Shown here piece by piece: positions 8,925-19,784 of a stretch of 64,000 nt of DNA. The notes under the pieces were generated by a model that made no database searches, was not told where the DNA came from, and worked only from the letters and a program-made list of their open reading frames with translations. How positions within the stretch are numbered: position 1 is the stretch's first letter; the number at the start of each line of letters is the position of its first letter. Source of the DNA: a virus; the IMG/VR virus record IMGVR_UViG_3300026488_000011, positions 1 to 64,000 of that record; one strand, written 5' to 3'. The translations under genes and the position numbers were made by a program.

Positions 8925-9310
8925 TTCTCATCCTTCAGTAGGTCGTAGTATTGTCTCTCTTTTATAAACTTAGAGAACTTGTTAAAATGTACTCTAATGT
9001 AACCAGAGAGTCTTTTAAGACCATCGTCTCTTTCTTCGTCAGTTTCAGCATAGTCAAGTTCGTTCACTATGTTTTCTAAGGTATTCAACCTTTGCATTTT
9101 GTCTACCCTGTCATAAGTAATAATAGTGTAGGTTACAAACAAAATACCTACCATAGGCATAATTGACAAAATATCGTAACCAGTAATGTATATCATGTAA
9201 CCAGTAATTAAACTAAATCCAAAAGACATAAGTAGTATCGTAGCAAACGTCTGTCTTTTACCATTACGTATTTCTTTTTTCAAGTTTTCATTGTCTACAC
9301 AGTCTTTCAT
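8921..9310 (-). CDS. Membrane protein with two TM helices
   Basis: Two hydrophobic stretches; SD present. Confidence 0.75.
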   Translation of the reverse strand: MKDCVDNENLKKEIRNGKRQTFATILLMSFGFSLITGYMIYITGYDILSIMPMVGILFVTYTIITYDRVDKMQRLNTLENIVNELDYAETDEERDDGLKRLSGYIRVHFNKFSKFIKERQYYDLLKDEK

Positions 9311-9382
9311 CCTATCCTCCGTTCTACCACCAATAATGATTTATATAAATCATGGAAAAATAAAAAGATAGGGGAGAGTAGG

Positions 9383-11401
9383 TTAATCCTTACCTACTCT
9401 CTCTAAAACTTCATTCGGTCTAAATAGTACATCAAGAGGATGATCTGGTTTATCCTTGTCTTTATGAGAGACAGGATCCAGAATTTTATTAGTCAGAGCA
9501 TCCCAGTCGTAACTACCTCCTATACTCCTAAAGTCAATAGCAGGCTTAATACCTACCACATCGTCATAAGGACTATTTCTGCCTATGTCATAATTATCGT
9601 TGGTAATATCATAGGCAGTGAATCCATAGACGATAGTTTCCAGGAGAGCTATGTTAATGTCTAGCTTTTTGTTAACTAGTTCAAACAGTTTACCTACCAA
9701 TACATCAGGAGTAAACTCTGATCTAATTCTACCGTTTTGTTTATAATACTTTCTCTTCTTGATAATATTTTTGAATTCTTTACTCAATGCAGCAAAATCG
9801 AATTCTACCTTTTCATATTGGATTATAGGATACTTACTATCCCAATCCGATAAATCTATTTCATAGTTATCAAATTCGTCTATCTGATAACCATTCTTTA
9901 TCACATAGTCCCAGAAATAAGTAGTGAAGTAACCGAATCTATTACCAGATTTTAACTTCACAACATCGTAGTTAGGAATCTTCCCTGTTTCCTCGATTAC
10001 TACTTCATATAGCCTACTAGCTTTTCTGAGGTTTACTTTTAGAACATCTTTTGTGTCTATAACGGATTTAAGTCCAAATGCTTGTTCTTGCGGGACATGT
10101 AATTTTATCTTCTTAGTCTTCTTATTCAACCATTTGGAATAGAAGAACAGTTTGTTTTTATCCTTGACCATAAAATACTTCTTAGCTGTATCGTCTAGTT
10201 CCACAGTACCGCTACTAGCAGATTTAGTTAAGTGCTTGGTACTGATGATACTTTGCGAAATAGGCTTGGTGGTATTAGTGGTGGTAATATGGCCCAGATT
10301 TTGATGTTTAAAGATGTTATAAGCTAATTCTCCAAAACATTTACTACATACTTTTTTCTTATCTCTTAGATTACATCCTAGTACAGTACGTAGTTTGATA
10401 TGTTTACCTTCTAAGTGTGTAGAATCTTTAGTGATGAGTTTCTCCTCGCCAGTTTCTTCATCTAGATACCATTTACCTACAAGGTTTCTGAGATCTCCTT
10501 TATAGATCTCTTTTCCTGTAATAGGATCTATTTTTCTAGGCTCTACAAAGAAATCCATATAGTTCTTACTACCGCAGTCACCAAACTCTAGTCTTTCTAT
10601 AATCATTGTTACTAATTGTAATTCTCTAGCCATGTATTCAGAATCTTGGATAGCTTTACTGGATAAATAGAGAGCTTTAGCACCAGCTCTACTCTCAATT
10701 GCTAACTCATATATATTTTTACATCCCAGAGTAAATGAGTTAGTCATAGGTAGAGCGAATATTTTACTGTTAATCTCAGTAAGAAACCCTCTACTACCAA
10801 ATAGCTGCTGTATTTGAGAAATACTAATCATCTTACTCAGATAGATTAGTTTAATAATGCTGTCATCTGGGGCTTCTTTAATCACATCATCAAGAGTTTT
10901 ATATGTGTTTTCTATTTTCTCTTGTGTAGGTGTATTATTTACTTCTACTATAGAGCGTAATAACTTCTCATTCATTTGGATTTCTAACACGTCAGGGATT
11001 TCGATCCCTACCACGTAATTACCTAATAGTTTGGAAAGCTTTTTAGCAATCATGTTTACAGATTCATACATTCCTTTCAGTATGTGCTCTAGCAGATCAT
11101 TATCATTATTCGGATAGATGTACTTTTCTTTAAACTTTCTGACAATAGCAGTATATAGACCGGTATACGTACCGCTGTTGAAATATCCGGATTCGTAGAA
11201 GTTAGATAACCATAGATCACTAGTTAACTCGATAGGAGGAAGGTCTTTTATAAAATCCATAAGAAACCTGTAAAGTATTATCTCTTTCCAGTTTGCTTCA
11301 ATTTCCACACCATCTTCAAATACTAATGTCAGGTCGGCACGTAGATCTAGTATTTCATCTAGATCTACTTTAAAAAGATTTCTTACTGGTAGTTTAGCCA
11401 T
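9383..11401 (-). CDS. Non-virion RNA polymerase beta' C-terminal subunit (phiKZ gp74-like)
   Basis: Bridge-helix region (ESRAGAKAL...SEYMARELQ), DCG and C..K.C..CFG zinc site, trigger-loop-like QSIISTKH; follows the beta subunit. Confidence 0.9.
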   Translation of the reverse strand: MAKLPVRNLFKVDLDEILDLRADLTLVFEDGVEIEANWKEIILYRFLMDFIKDLPPIELTSDLWLSNFYESGYFNSGTYTGLYTAIVRKFKEKYIYPNNDNDLLEHILKGMYESVNMIAKKLSKLLGNYVVGIEIPDVLEIQMNEKLLRSIVEVNNTPTQEKIENTYKTLDDVIKEAPDDSIIKLIYLSKMISISQIQQLFGSRGFLTEINSKIFALPMTNSFTLGCKNIYELAIESRAGAKALYLSSKAIQDSEYMARELQLVTMIIERLEFGDCGSKNYMDFFVEPRKIDPITGKEIYKGDLRNLVGKWYLDEETGEEKLITKDSTHLEGKHIKLRTVLGCNLRDKKKVCSKCFGELAYNIFKHQNLGHITTTNTTKPISQSIISTKHLTKSASSGTVELDDTAKKYFMVKDKNKLFFYSKWLNKKTKKIKLHVPQEQAFGLKSVIDTKDVLKVNLRKASRLYEVVIEETGKIPNYDVVKLKSGNRFGYFTTYFWDYVIKNGYQIDEFDNYEIDLSDWDSKYPIIQYEKVEFDFAALSKEFKNIIKKRKYYKQNGRIRSEFTPDVLVGKLFELVNKKLDINIALLETIVYGFTAYDITNDNYDIGRNSPYDDVVGIKPAIDFRSIGGSYDWDALTNKILDPVSHKDKDKPDHPLDVLFRPNEVLERVGKD

Positions 11402-13634
11402 TTCTTGTACCTCCTTCTTCGTCTTCGTCAGTTTCTACTTTCTTAATATCCAATGTTTCGTTTACCTTCTCCGTAGGTTCGTGATAGCGATGGTTATCGT
11501 CTACATATTTGAAATCTAACCCTATGCTCTTGAACAATGTTTCTAGATTCTCTAACGCTCTATCTGTTCCATATGGATGTTCATTTCTATCTACCACATC
11601 GTCGATGTTAGTAGGTTTTTCACTTTTTAGGATGTTTTTGTAGACACGAGTGTGGGTCTCTATGGATGCACCTCTATCTTTTAATTCTGCTAAGAACTCT
11701 CTTCCTCCATACGAAGCATATAACCTACCCTCGGTCTCTCCTACAGTCCTTACCGGAGAATTTCTCCATGGTAATCTATATCTGTCATTCTTACTAACAC
11801 CAATAGGTAATCCGAAATGATTCACTTTTGCAGAAGATACACTTAGCACAGAATCAGCAATTTTGTTTAATAGTAACATGTGCATAGGCGCAATCATTAC
11901 AGGCTTTTTAGTCCTATATTTTACTCCGTTTTCTACAAACTCTACAGGACCATAGTTTGGTTTAAATTTACTACTCTCGATGTCTAGTACAATTTCCCAG
12001 GCTTCTTTATCTTTTTCAGAGTTATAGTGGATATAAAACTCTTCTTCCACTATCTCCTCTATAGTAGATAACATGTCTTCTATTTGAGAATGTTCTAATG
12101 CGCTTTTGAATATTTCATACTGCTCTGTTCCAAACAACTCTAGGAACGGTAATACTATTTCTCTCCATAATTCTACTACATCATCATCGGACATCCTTCT
12201 AACATCCTCATGAGTTATTTCATCTTTACCTACTTTACCTTTAATAAAATCCACTACCATTCTTTTTGCCTTACGGCTAGCAGCTCCGAAATATCTTTCA
12301 TAGAGAGTACCGATATTTAACCTAGAAATAATAGAACTAGGATCCATTATTACGTCTGCTACTTCGCCAGTGACTGGATCTCTAGGCATTTCACTTCTAG
12401 GTCTTACTTGGACTATTACACCCTTACCACCATGCATAGTGGTAAGCTTAAAACCAATAGTAGGTGTGACTGTATACTCAATATCAAACTCTGCTCTGTA
12501 AAGATCTATTTCTTCTTTACGATAAGCCTTCTTTATTTTCTTTTCGTTTAACAGACTGAGAGACTCTACCACTCTCCTAGTGAATTCTGGAGACACTATA
12601 AGATCTTCTCCGGTTAATTGCTTATGTCTCTTGTTAAGTTCGTTATAAACATCTACAATAGCTCTGTGATAACTCAATAGAGCTTCTTTATATTTCTCTA
12701 ACTGGACATCAGTCCCCTTTGGTAGTGTTTTCCTTTTTGTATTTTTCAATACTTTTATATCCACTACTTTACCGCCTTCTCCTCTAGTATAGAGAACATT
12801 ATCAAACATTGGATTAAAAGTCCTGCTATCAGATACTGAAGTAAGACCAGGTATCAGCGAGATTGGTGTTTTTCTAGCAGCTAACACTGCGGATGTACTG
12901 TTTATTTCTTCTCCTATTTCTGGAAAGACTTTATAGTTATTATCGTCTCCATAGATATTCAACAGCACTACTTCATCACTGATATTAGCTGCTCTATGTT
13001 CATAAAGGTTGAACTTTAGCTCTTCTAGTATTTCTTCGCTGACAATAAAACCATCCTCAGCTACACCATCTAACGTCATAAAGGCTACGTTGATATTTTT
13101 ACCAAACCCGTAGCTACCATCCTCTCTTAACGTAGGAGGTCTGGCTACTATTTTACCGGCTGGTATCATATCACCGCTAAACAGGTTTTGTAAATATTCT
13201 TCATCCCTTATATATTTAAAACCGAAATAAGGATGGTTTCTTATAAAATAAGGCACCTCCATGACATCTATTACATTTGTTTCTAAATCTCTATACACAA
13301 TTAAATATTCTACTGGGTTAGGGGTAATCCCGTGATGATATCTTTGAATCACAGTGATTACTTCACTGTCGTTCTCGAATTTCTTGGTAATAGCGTGTTC
13401 GCCGAATTCCTCTTCAAACCCAGTATAGATTATCTTTTTATCAGGTTTTATTAGTGTTAACACCTGGGCTACATGCGAACTCATCATTAATCCTCTTGGA
13501 GAGGAGTTATGTTTAATGAACGGATTGAGTACAGCTGTACCCAATAGTTCTGCTTTTATTTTAAGTTTTGAATTTGTTTCTTTGAATTCTGGTAATAATG
13601 CTTTTATAGTGTCGTTTATTTTTAGATTAGACAC
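11394..13634 (-). CDS. Non-virion RNA polymerase beta C-terminal subunit (phiKZ gp71-73-like), GTG start
   Basis: NSSPRGLMMSSHVAQ, EDGFIVSE, GFKLTTMHGGKGV, DPSSIISRLNIG and GETEGR match RpoB motifs; no intron. Confidence 0.92.
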   Translation of the reverse strand: MSNLKINDTIKALLPEFKETNSKLKIKAELLGTAVLNPFIKHNSSPRGLMMSSHVAQVLTLIKPDKKIIYTGFEEEFGEHAITKKFENDSEVITVIQRYHHGITPNPVEYLIVYRDLETNVIDVMEVPYFIRNHPYFGFKYIRDEEYLQNLFSGDMIPAGKIVARPPTLREDGSYGFGKNINVAFMTLDGVAEDGFIVSEEILEELKFNLYEHRAANISDEVVLLNIYGDDNNYKVFPEIGEEINSTSAVLAARKTPISLIPGLTSVSDSRTFNPMFDNVLYTRGEGGKVVDIKVLKNTKRKTLPKGTDVQLEKYKEALLSYHRAIVDVYNELNKRHKQLTGEDLIVSPEFTRRVVESLSLLNEKKIKKAYRKEEIDLYRAEFDIEYTVTPTIGFKLTTMHGGKGVIVQVRPRSEMPRDPVTGEVADVIMDPSSIISRLNIGTLYERYFGAASRKAKRMVVDFIKGKVGKDEITHEDVRRMSDDDVVELWREIVLPFLELFGTEQYEIFKSALEHSQIEDMLSTIEEIVEEEFYIHYNSEKDKEAWEIVLDIESSKFKPNYGPVEFVENGVKYRTKKPVMIAPMHMLLLNKIADSVLSVSSAKVNHFGLPIGVSKNDRYRLPWRNSPVRTVGETEGRLYASYGGREFLAELKDRGASIETHTRVYKNILKSEKPTNIDDVVDRNEHPYGTDRALENLETLFKSIGLDFKYVDDNHRYHEPTEKVNETLDIKKVETDEDEEGGTRNG

Positions 13635-13675
13635 GCTACCTCCTTTGTTTAGTTATTTTCAGATACGAGACCATA

Positions 13676-13686
13676 TAAATAATATA
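13676..13686 (-). promoter_or_regulatory. Putative early promoter TATATTATTTA for the nvRNAP beta/beta' genes
   Basis: Recurrent motif. Confidence 0.55.
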
Positions 13687-13737
13687 TAGATAAAAAAATG
13701 TTTGATCTATACCAATGATTAGGAGAAAGGTAGAAAA

Positions 13738-14319
13738 ATGACCTTAGGAATTGATACAATGATTTCACTAGTAGTACTCTTAGCTACTGGTATTTTGGGT
13801 TTTGCTAAAGTAAGGAATATGGCTTTAGACAATAGTACTAGAATATCTGATCTGGAAGAAGATCTGGATAGTGTTAGACAGTCTATATCCATTATAGTAA
13901 AAGAACAATTACAATTACTGGATGACAGAATCCAACACCAATTAAACAGCATTTTAGAGAGACTAGAGAAACTAGAAAAAAACTTAGTGAAGATAACAGA
14001 TAAATTAGAAATAGATTTTAAGAATAAAATGGAACTTATATCTACCGAGTTAAATTCTAAAGTAAATACAGTATTTGCAAAACTAGATGCGCATAAGGAC
14101 ACTATCTCAGATATTGATAAAAACTTAAACGGTATGAATACAAAACTTACTAGCTTAGACGAAGCTTTTAAACACATACAGTCTAACAGTGAAGTATTCC
14201 ACGAATATAAGGTAATTAAAGCGGAACTTACGCGTATCGTAAAAGAGATAGATGCAATAGAAGCTAGGATAGAAAGAATCTTATTTGAACTAATAAAAGA
14301 AGATAAGGATAAGAAATGA
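13738..14319 (+). CDS. Membrane-anchored coiled-coil protein
   Basis: N-terminal TM helix and long heptad repeat; AGGAG SD. Confidence 0.75.
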   Translation: MTLGIDTMISLVVLLATGILGFAKVRNMALDNSTRISDLEEDLDSVRQSISIIVKEQLQLLDDRIQHQLNSILERLEKLEKNLVKITDKLEIDFKNKMELISTELNSKVNTVFAKLDAHKDTISDIDKNLNGMNTKLTSLDEAFKHIQSNSEVFHEYKVIKAELTRIVKEIDAIEARIERILFELIKEDKDKK

Positions 14320-14666
14320 CCATAGATAAATTAATCACTCTTAAGACTAGAGAAATAAATCTAAATCCGGATTTGATTCAGTTATGGGATAAGATAGTGA
14401 ACTTGCCTGATGTGAAAGAAAATACTGTAGGTAAAATAATTAGTCCTGCCGTGGCTAACAGTTATATAGGGAATTTCTATGGTTTATTAGGAAACGAGCT
14501 AAACCTACCTGAAGATGCTTTTTATCCTACGCTCTTAGTAAATAATCTCAGAAACCCGGTAGACTATTCGGGTAGTGAAATTATTTACATAATTAGTCCT
14601 GATGTATTTGAAAAATATCACACACTGATAAAAGAAAAAATATCACTGGAGGAGTCTCTCCAGTGA
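14316..14666 (+). CDS. Putative baseplate wedge protein (T4 gp53/LysM-like)
   Basis: GNFYGLL..LNLP...YPTLLVNNL.NPVDY pattern of small phiKZ-like baseplate proteins. Confidence 0.5.
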   Translation: MTIDKLITLKTREINLNPDLIQLWDKIVNLPDVKENTVGKIISPAVANSYIGNFYGLLGNELNLPEDAFYPTLLVNNLRNPVDYSGSEIIYIISPDVFEKYHTLIKEKISLEESLQ

Positions 14667-14674
14667 TATTAATT

Positions 14675-15940
14675 TTAGTATCCATATGGATAAGGATACA
14701 TTGGTTGTTGATAACCCTGTTGAGGGTAACCTTGTTGCTGAGGATATTGTGGTTGGTTATAGTTAGGGAATAGACTAGACTGATATCCTTGTTGACAACC
14801 TTGTTGCGGCATTTGTGAATATGCTTGTTGAGAATATTGTGGCGCCGCTGGTTGAACAGGTGGAGTTTGTTGTCTTAGCGCATTCACATACCAGTCATCG
14901 TCATTTTCTTCTTCAGTCGCGTTATGCACAGGTTGATTAGTTTCAGCACCTCCAACTATTTCTGGGCCAGCACTAGTTTCCGCTGATAACAGTAGATCAG
15001 ATTCACTAGGAATCATTTTTAGTTCTGGTCTAAGATCTTCTATTAAATTCTCTAGATCTTCTATTTTTACAGGAAGATCTTTAAGCTCTAACTCCTGTAG
15101 GTAATCTACATCATAGTCTGTTCTCTTTAAGATATTTATGACATCGTTTATTTTATTCTTAATAAACTCATAAAGCATCATTAATACATGGAACGCTGGA
15201 GAGGTATCGTTTTTACTACCAAACTGTATACCCTTCAATATTTCATCTTGACTCGCATCGAACGTATATTCGTGGAAAGATTTATACACGTGTTTGTCTT
15301 TGTTTCTCAGTTTCACGCCGTAAAGACTCTCGTCTTTTTTAAGCTTATCTAGCTTTTCATAAACTGGGAATGTCAGGACTCCGGTTCTGTTTTGTTTCTC
15401 TCCGTTAATCTCTCCTCCTCTTTTCAGAAACGTGTGTAAGAATAATTGATTTGTTTCTAATCCTACTATCTCCTTATAGATTTTATACCAGTTCTCAGTA
15501 GTTTTGTCGTCTACCATTTTCTTTATACCGGATGCTTTGTATTTGTTAATGATGCTGATTAATCTAATCAGGTCAGGGTCGTTTATCTCTTCATTCTTTT
15601 TATCCAGAATAGTAAACGCTACTTCGCCAGCACCAGCAAAACTATTATTGACATGTCTTTCAATAATCTCCTTTAGTCTTAAAAGAGATTTGTTCTCTCC
15701 TCTTAACGCGTTTTCTTCGAGAGGGTTAAACAGATGCATCACTAGCTGTGGTTTCCCATTCTCGTCCAGCTGAACGCAATTTCTTATATTCTCTCTAGTA
15801 GGGAGAACTAATGGCCTCCCGTCTATAGTAATAGGTAGTTTTCCTCTCTTTTTACTTCTGAGGAATATATTGCCCGCGTCATCTGTTTCCAGACCAAATA
15901 CTGCTAATAGATCTTTATAGAATTGTATTAGATTTTCCAT
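14675..15940 (-). CDS. Conserved chimallivirus protein (phiKZ gp70-like) with a Q/P/Y-rich tail
   Basis: Size and position between PicA-like and nvRNAP beta; GRPLVLPT and FNPLEEN motifs. Confidence 0.65.
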   Translation of the reverse strand: MENLIQFYKDLLAVFGLETDDAGNIFLRSKKRGKLPITIDGRPLVLPTRENIRNCVQLDENGKPQLVMHLFNPLEENALRGENKSLLRLKEIIERHVNNSFAGAGEVAFTILDKKNEEINDPDLIRLISIINKYKASGIKKMVDDKTTENWYKIYKEIVGLETNQLFLHTFLKRGGEINGEKQNRTGVLTFPVYEKLDKLKKDESLYGVKLRNKDKHVYKSFHEYTFDASQDEILKGIQFGSKNDTSPAFHVLMMLYEFIKNKINDVINILKRTDYDVDYLQELELKDLPVKIEDLENLIEDLRPELKMIPSESDLLLSAETSAGPEIVGGAETNQPVHNATEEENDDDWYVNALRQQTPPVQPAAPQYSQQAYSQMPQQGCQQGYQSSLFPNYNQPQYPQQQGYPQQGYQQPMYPYPYGY

Positions 15941-15953
15941 TTTTTCTCTCCTT

Positions 15954-17417
15954 TTAAGATACTAACATCATAGTGTTTATAACGTCGCTATATGCTTCTG
16001 ACAATTTATTAAATCTGTGCTTAGGTGCCAATAGTGGACTAAATGTACTATCGGCGAATGTAGGGATAATATATCTGATTGTTGGTCCAGTACCTATACT
16101 GATATCCACGACAGTCTCTCCAAAAGCATTGGCAATTACTGTCATTTTTACCAGTAGCTCATTGTTGTGCGTCAATACCGGAGCTACCTGGTCTATAAAC
16201 TGTACTCTTAGTCTCTCTAACCATGAAGTTATGTCGAGTCCTTCTAGAATAGTAGCTCCTCCTAGTATTTGAGCATCATAAACACCTGTGGCATTTGTGA
16301 AACCTAATGCTACTTCACTGAGAAGATTTTCACTCATTAGGGCATTTATTGCTTCTGCAGTAAATACAGCTAGTCTTGTTTCTAGCTGCGGGTTACTTAA
16401 CTCCTCGCTGTTACTATTATGTTGGATAACAGCCATAGGGTCTCTAGCTAATGTCACAGTAGTAACTGCATCAATACCTGGCTCTAAATATTTCAAATCT
16501 CTCCATTTGAACGCATTTACTTCTTCGTAATTATATAAAGCACTAATAGCTGTGAAGAAGTCCATGGTTTGTCCATTTTCCTCTTCATATACAGATCTAG
16601 TACGAGTAGTGCTAACTGCCGATGAAGTAATGTCTGATTGATCATAGCCTATACCAGCTGCTTTCTTAGCTTTTAATAATCCGGTTAAAGTCTTAGCTAG
16701 ATGAACAGAAGGAATCACTAATTCTTTGTTAGCATCTACTGGTTTAATCAATACTCCGTCAGGAATATAATCTAGTTGATACCCGCCAGTCATGTCGTGA
16801 CTAATACTATGCTTTATTAGAATATCCTCAGGTCTAGCTGCATAAATATTTGCTGTTATTGTCTGTTGATGCTGATATGGATTAACTTCATGTGTTAGAT
16901 CCAGGACATCTATACCTCCGCCAGGCAGATGTAAAATACTTAGTTTCTTAAGTATTCTAGCTATTATAGATCCAGTATTAGGATCCATCATCCTGTGTAC
17001 AATGATAACAGAGTTGACAAAGAATGTTAAGTTATCATCTATTATCGATTTGTCTCCCCTTACAATTGCCTCAGGGGTATCGGTATATCCTTGAAGGACT
17101 GTTACTTTTTCTCCGAATCCTCCAGCACCAGGTTCCACTACTTCTATAAGGAACTTAAATCTTCTTTCTCCCCATCCATACGGTAATTGAGTTTTGATGG
17201 TGGGTGCTGCGCTAGGCAGCATAATGTCTGAAATCGTATGTGCTATCTGCTCAGGCGTAATGTTCGTAGACTCTAGTCTATTCGCCTGTGAGACAATATC
17301 TTCTATTTTGCTAAGCGCCCTATTGTCTAACTGCATGTCCAGAGATCTAACATATTGATCTTTAAACCCCCCTGTTTCGGTTAATATTACTTTGTTTATT
17401 CTAAAATTCTTTTGCAT
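15954..17417 (-). CDS. picA: Nuclear import factor PicA/Imp1 (phiKZ gp69-like)
   Basis: 487 aa, directly after the gp68-like gene; PYGWGERRFKF and GYTD motifs; mainly a synteny call. Confidence 0.7.
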   Translation of the reverse strand: MQKNFRINKVILTETGGFKDQYVRSLDMQLDNRALSKIEDIVSQANRLESTNITPEQIAHTISDIMLPSAAPTIKTQLPYGWGERRFKFLIEVVEPGAGGFGEKVTVLQGYTDTPEAIVRGDKSIIDDNLTFFVNSVIIVHRMMDPNTGSIIARILKKLSILHLPGGGIDVLDLTHEVNPYQHQQTITANIYAARPEDILIKHSISHDMTGGYQLDYIPDGVLIKPVDANKELVIPSVHLAKTLTGLLKAKKAAGIGYDQSDITSSAVSTTRTRSVYEEENGQTMDFFTAISALYNYEEVNAFKWRDLKYLEPGIDAVTTVTLARDPMAVIQHNSNSEELSNPQLETRLAVFTAEAINALMSENLLSEVALGFTNATGVYDAQILGGATILEGLDITSWLERLRVQFIDQVAPVLTHNNELLVKMTVIANAFGETVVDISIGTGPTIRYIIPTFADSTFSPLLAPKHRFNKLSEAYSDVINTMMLVS

Positions 17418-17452
17418 GCTCGCTCCTTTTGTTTGGTTTGTTGGTTTACATC

Positions 17453-17463
17453 TTAGTAATATA
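17453..17463 (-). promoter_or_regulatory. Putative early promoter TATATTACTAA
   Basis: Recurrent motif. Confidence 0.65.
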
Positions 17464-17490
17464 TCGTTAACAGACTATGGAAACAGTCTA

Positions 17491-19080
17491 TTAGCTGCCA
17501 TAGATTTCCTTACCGTAATCCTCTACATCTATAATAAACCCCGCTAGTTTATTTTTAAACTCAGGACTAATACTAATTATTCTGTCTTTCTTACCAGATA
17601 GTTTTTCTATTAGTTCAGAGTTTAGTACTGATGCTAAATTCTTTCTAGGATATTCTTTAGATACACTATCTATCCATTCCTTAACCACAGAGGTATACTT
17701 AACTTCTTCTTTGCTTATTATACCTCTATGATATGGAAAGCGTTCTTCCAGCTTCTCTAATAAGTGTTCGTCTATTTTAGTTTTTACAGACAAACTCAAT
17801 CTGTGACTATCATCTTCAAGCTCTATACCGGAAAGCAGCAAGGCTATGTCATTATGTCCTCTGGTCATTGCCCATGTAATAGCTACAGCTAGTCCATTAA
17901 GTATGCCGTCAATCGGTATATAATCAATAGTTCTGGGATCAATAATATGTTTCATTAGGATAGCGACCATATTTATATTTTCTACGGGTATATTTTTATT
18001 TTTCATAGTCTCTAACTGACTTCTAATTTCATAAATCACAGGGATATGTTCCGTCATTTTCATTTGTCCCGCTAATCTCTCTATGTCTTCGTAGATGAAT
18101 ATGAACTCTTCTACAAATCCGGGAGGTACTGTAGTCGGTACTCTATATGTCTCCAATGCCGATTCGCTGTCGCCATCCTCACCACCACCCATAGTGTGTT
18201 GTTTAATCTTTATATTACTACTGCTGCCTATATCTTTCAGTTTTATCTTATTCTTCACAAAGTTATATAGTCTGCTTACTAGATGTTTTTCATCAGTACC
18301 AAATATCTCGCTACTTAGTAAAAGTTTCTGGAATAACACAGAACCTAGTACATAATATGGCATATCATCGTTGCTAACTACTTTTTCTATTAATCTTACA
18401 GAATTTTCCTCTTCGTTTAGTAGTCCTATGTTAACTAGTTTTGTGACATAGTCCAATAATTTCTGAAATGGAGGAGTCTTAAATATAGGATGTCCTACAT
18501 AGAAGTTTAGTAAAATGTACTCTTTGTAGTTAGCAGGTATTTGTCCGGCTTTTAAAGTAGCAAACTCTGCTACCGGTCCTAATGTAGATTTTAAGATAGT
18601 AAGTAAAGCTACGAGCCAGATGTAATCTTCTTTTAAATAAGTTTGTTCCCTGCTGCCCTCTTCATTGTCTATCATGGACTGATCGAAAACATCTTTTAAT
18701 ATACTAGGCGGCTTAATAATGCCGGTTTGTTTAATCCAATCATATACCTCTTGAATGTCAAACATGTCTAATATATTATGTACTGGTTCTACTGGTAGAG
18801 GTTCTAGACTGGGTCTGGTAATGACTTTCTCTAGCTCTTCTTTTGCCAACTCCTCTCTTTTATAGAGCTCTTCGGCAAAGTCCTTTCCTTTATGCTCTAT
18901 GAATCTATTAAGGATATAGAACACTCCTTCAGGATCAGGTCTATCTTTCAATCTCCTATTAATAACCGATTCTATGTAGAAGGTAAGCGGTTCCTTACCT
19001 TCTACTTTTGTTTCTACACTCGTGCTACCTGCAAATAGATTTTTTAATGCAAAATATGGATATACTTTAGGAAGCTCCAT
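17491..19080 (-). CDS. Non-virion RNAP promoter-specificity subunit (phiKZ gp68-like)
   Basis: 529 aa; position in the gp65-gp75 block; EQTYLKEDYIWL motif. Confidence 0.7.
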   Translation of the reverse strand: MELPKVYPYFALKNLFAGSTSVETKVEGKEPLTFYIESVINRRLKDRPDPEGVFYILNRFIEHKGKDFAEELYKREELAKEELEKVITRPSLEPLPVEPVHNILDMFDIQEVYDWIKQTGIIKPPSILKDVFDQSMIDNEEGSREQTYLKEDYIWLVALLTILKSTLGPVAEFATLKAGQIPANYKEYILLNFYVGHPIFKTPPFQKLLDYVTKLVNIGLLNEEENSVRLIEKVVSNDDMPYYVLGSVLFQKLLLSSEIFGTDEKHLVSRLYNFVKNKIKLKDIGSSSNIKIKQHTMGGGEDGDSESALETYRVPTTVPPGFVEEFIFIYEDIERLAGQMKMTEHIPVIYEIRSQLETMKNKNIPVENINMVAILMKHIIDPRTIDYIPIDGILNGLAVAITWAMTRGHNDIALLLSGIELEDDSHRLSLSVKTKIDEHLLEKLEERFPYHRGIISKEEVKYTSVVKEWIDSVSKEYPRKNLASVLNSELIEKLSGKKDRIISISPEFKNKLAGFIIDVEDYGKEIYGS

Positions 19081-19103
19081 TTATTCTCCTTTTGTTTGGT
19101 TTA

Positions 19104-19748
19104 TTAGAAAAGTTCGTCAAAATCGTCAACAGCTGTATCTTTAGATTCGTTTTTAGGTTTACTATTCTTTTTATCAGATTCACCTTGTCTTAATGGTTTG
19201 TTAGAATCAAAATCAGATTCTTCATCTTCCAAGACTTCAGGGAACATATCTAACACTTTGTCCAGTGTAATGGCGTATCCAATAGTCCAATCCTCGCTAG
19301 CTTCAGTTTCAGAAACAGGTTTACCGTTTTTGAAAAACTTCACATATGGACTTGGTAACAACTTAAAGTAAAATTTTTTACCGCCTGCGTCTTCTACACC
19401 AAAGTAGTTAATTATCTCTCCTTCAAAGTCTTTTCTACCTAATACTATATAACCAGATAACTTAGTATCCCTGGTCATTTTGTCATTTTCCCATACAGGA
19501 GATCTTACTTCTACTTTGTAATTATATCCTGGATCTTGGTTATTTAGTTCTTTCAATTTTTCTACTACTATCTGTAGCGCCACTCTGTTTACAGGTAAAT
19601 GTAGTTGCATCTTAGGAGTCTTACCTATATCACCTGTAAAAACCATTAATCTTAGGAAATTCTTATAACCGCTTAGCTTCAATCTAGCTTCTTTATTACC
19701 GTTTACAGTGAATAAAGTAGCTTTTGTTAATATCTTTTGTTTATCCAT
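19104..19748 (-). CDS. chmC: ChmC/Imp6-like nucleus-associated RNA-binding protein (phiKZ gp67-like)
   Basis: Synteny before the gp68-like gene; folded N-terminal domain and a disordered charged tail ending DDFDELF. Confidence 0.55.
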   Translation of the reverse strand: MDKQKILTKATLFTVNGNKEARLKLSGYKNFLRLMVFTGDIGKTPKMQLHLPVNRVALQIVVEKLKELNNQDPGYNYKVEVRSPVWENDKMTRDTKLSGYIVLGRKDFEGEIINYFGVEDAGGKKFYFKLLPSPYVKFFKNGKPVSETEASEDWTIGYAITLDKVLDMFPEVLEDEESDFDSNKPLRQGESDKKNSKPKNESKDTAVDDFDELF

Positions 19749-19784
19749 TATTACTCCTTTTGTATTTTCTAGACTGCGTCCTAA

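Noticed and set aside
9383-13634. Intron or intein in nvRNAP subunits (phiKZ beta carries an intron with an HNH gene)
   Set aside because: Both ORFs are continuous, of expected size, with no homing-endonuclease or intein splice motifs
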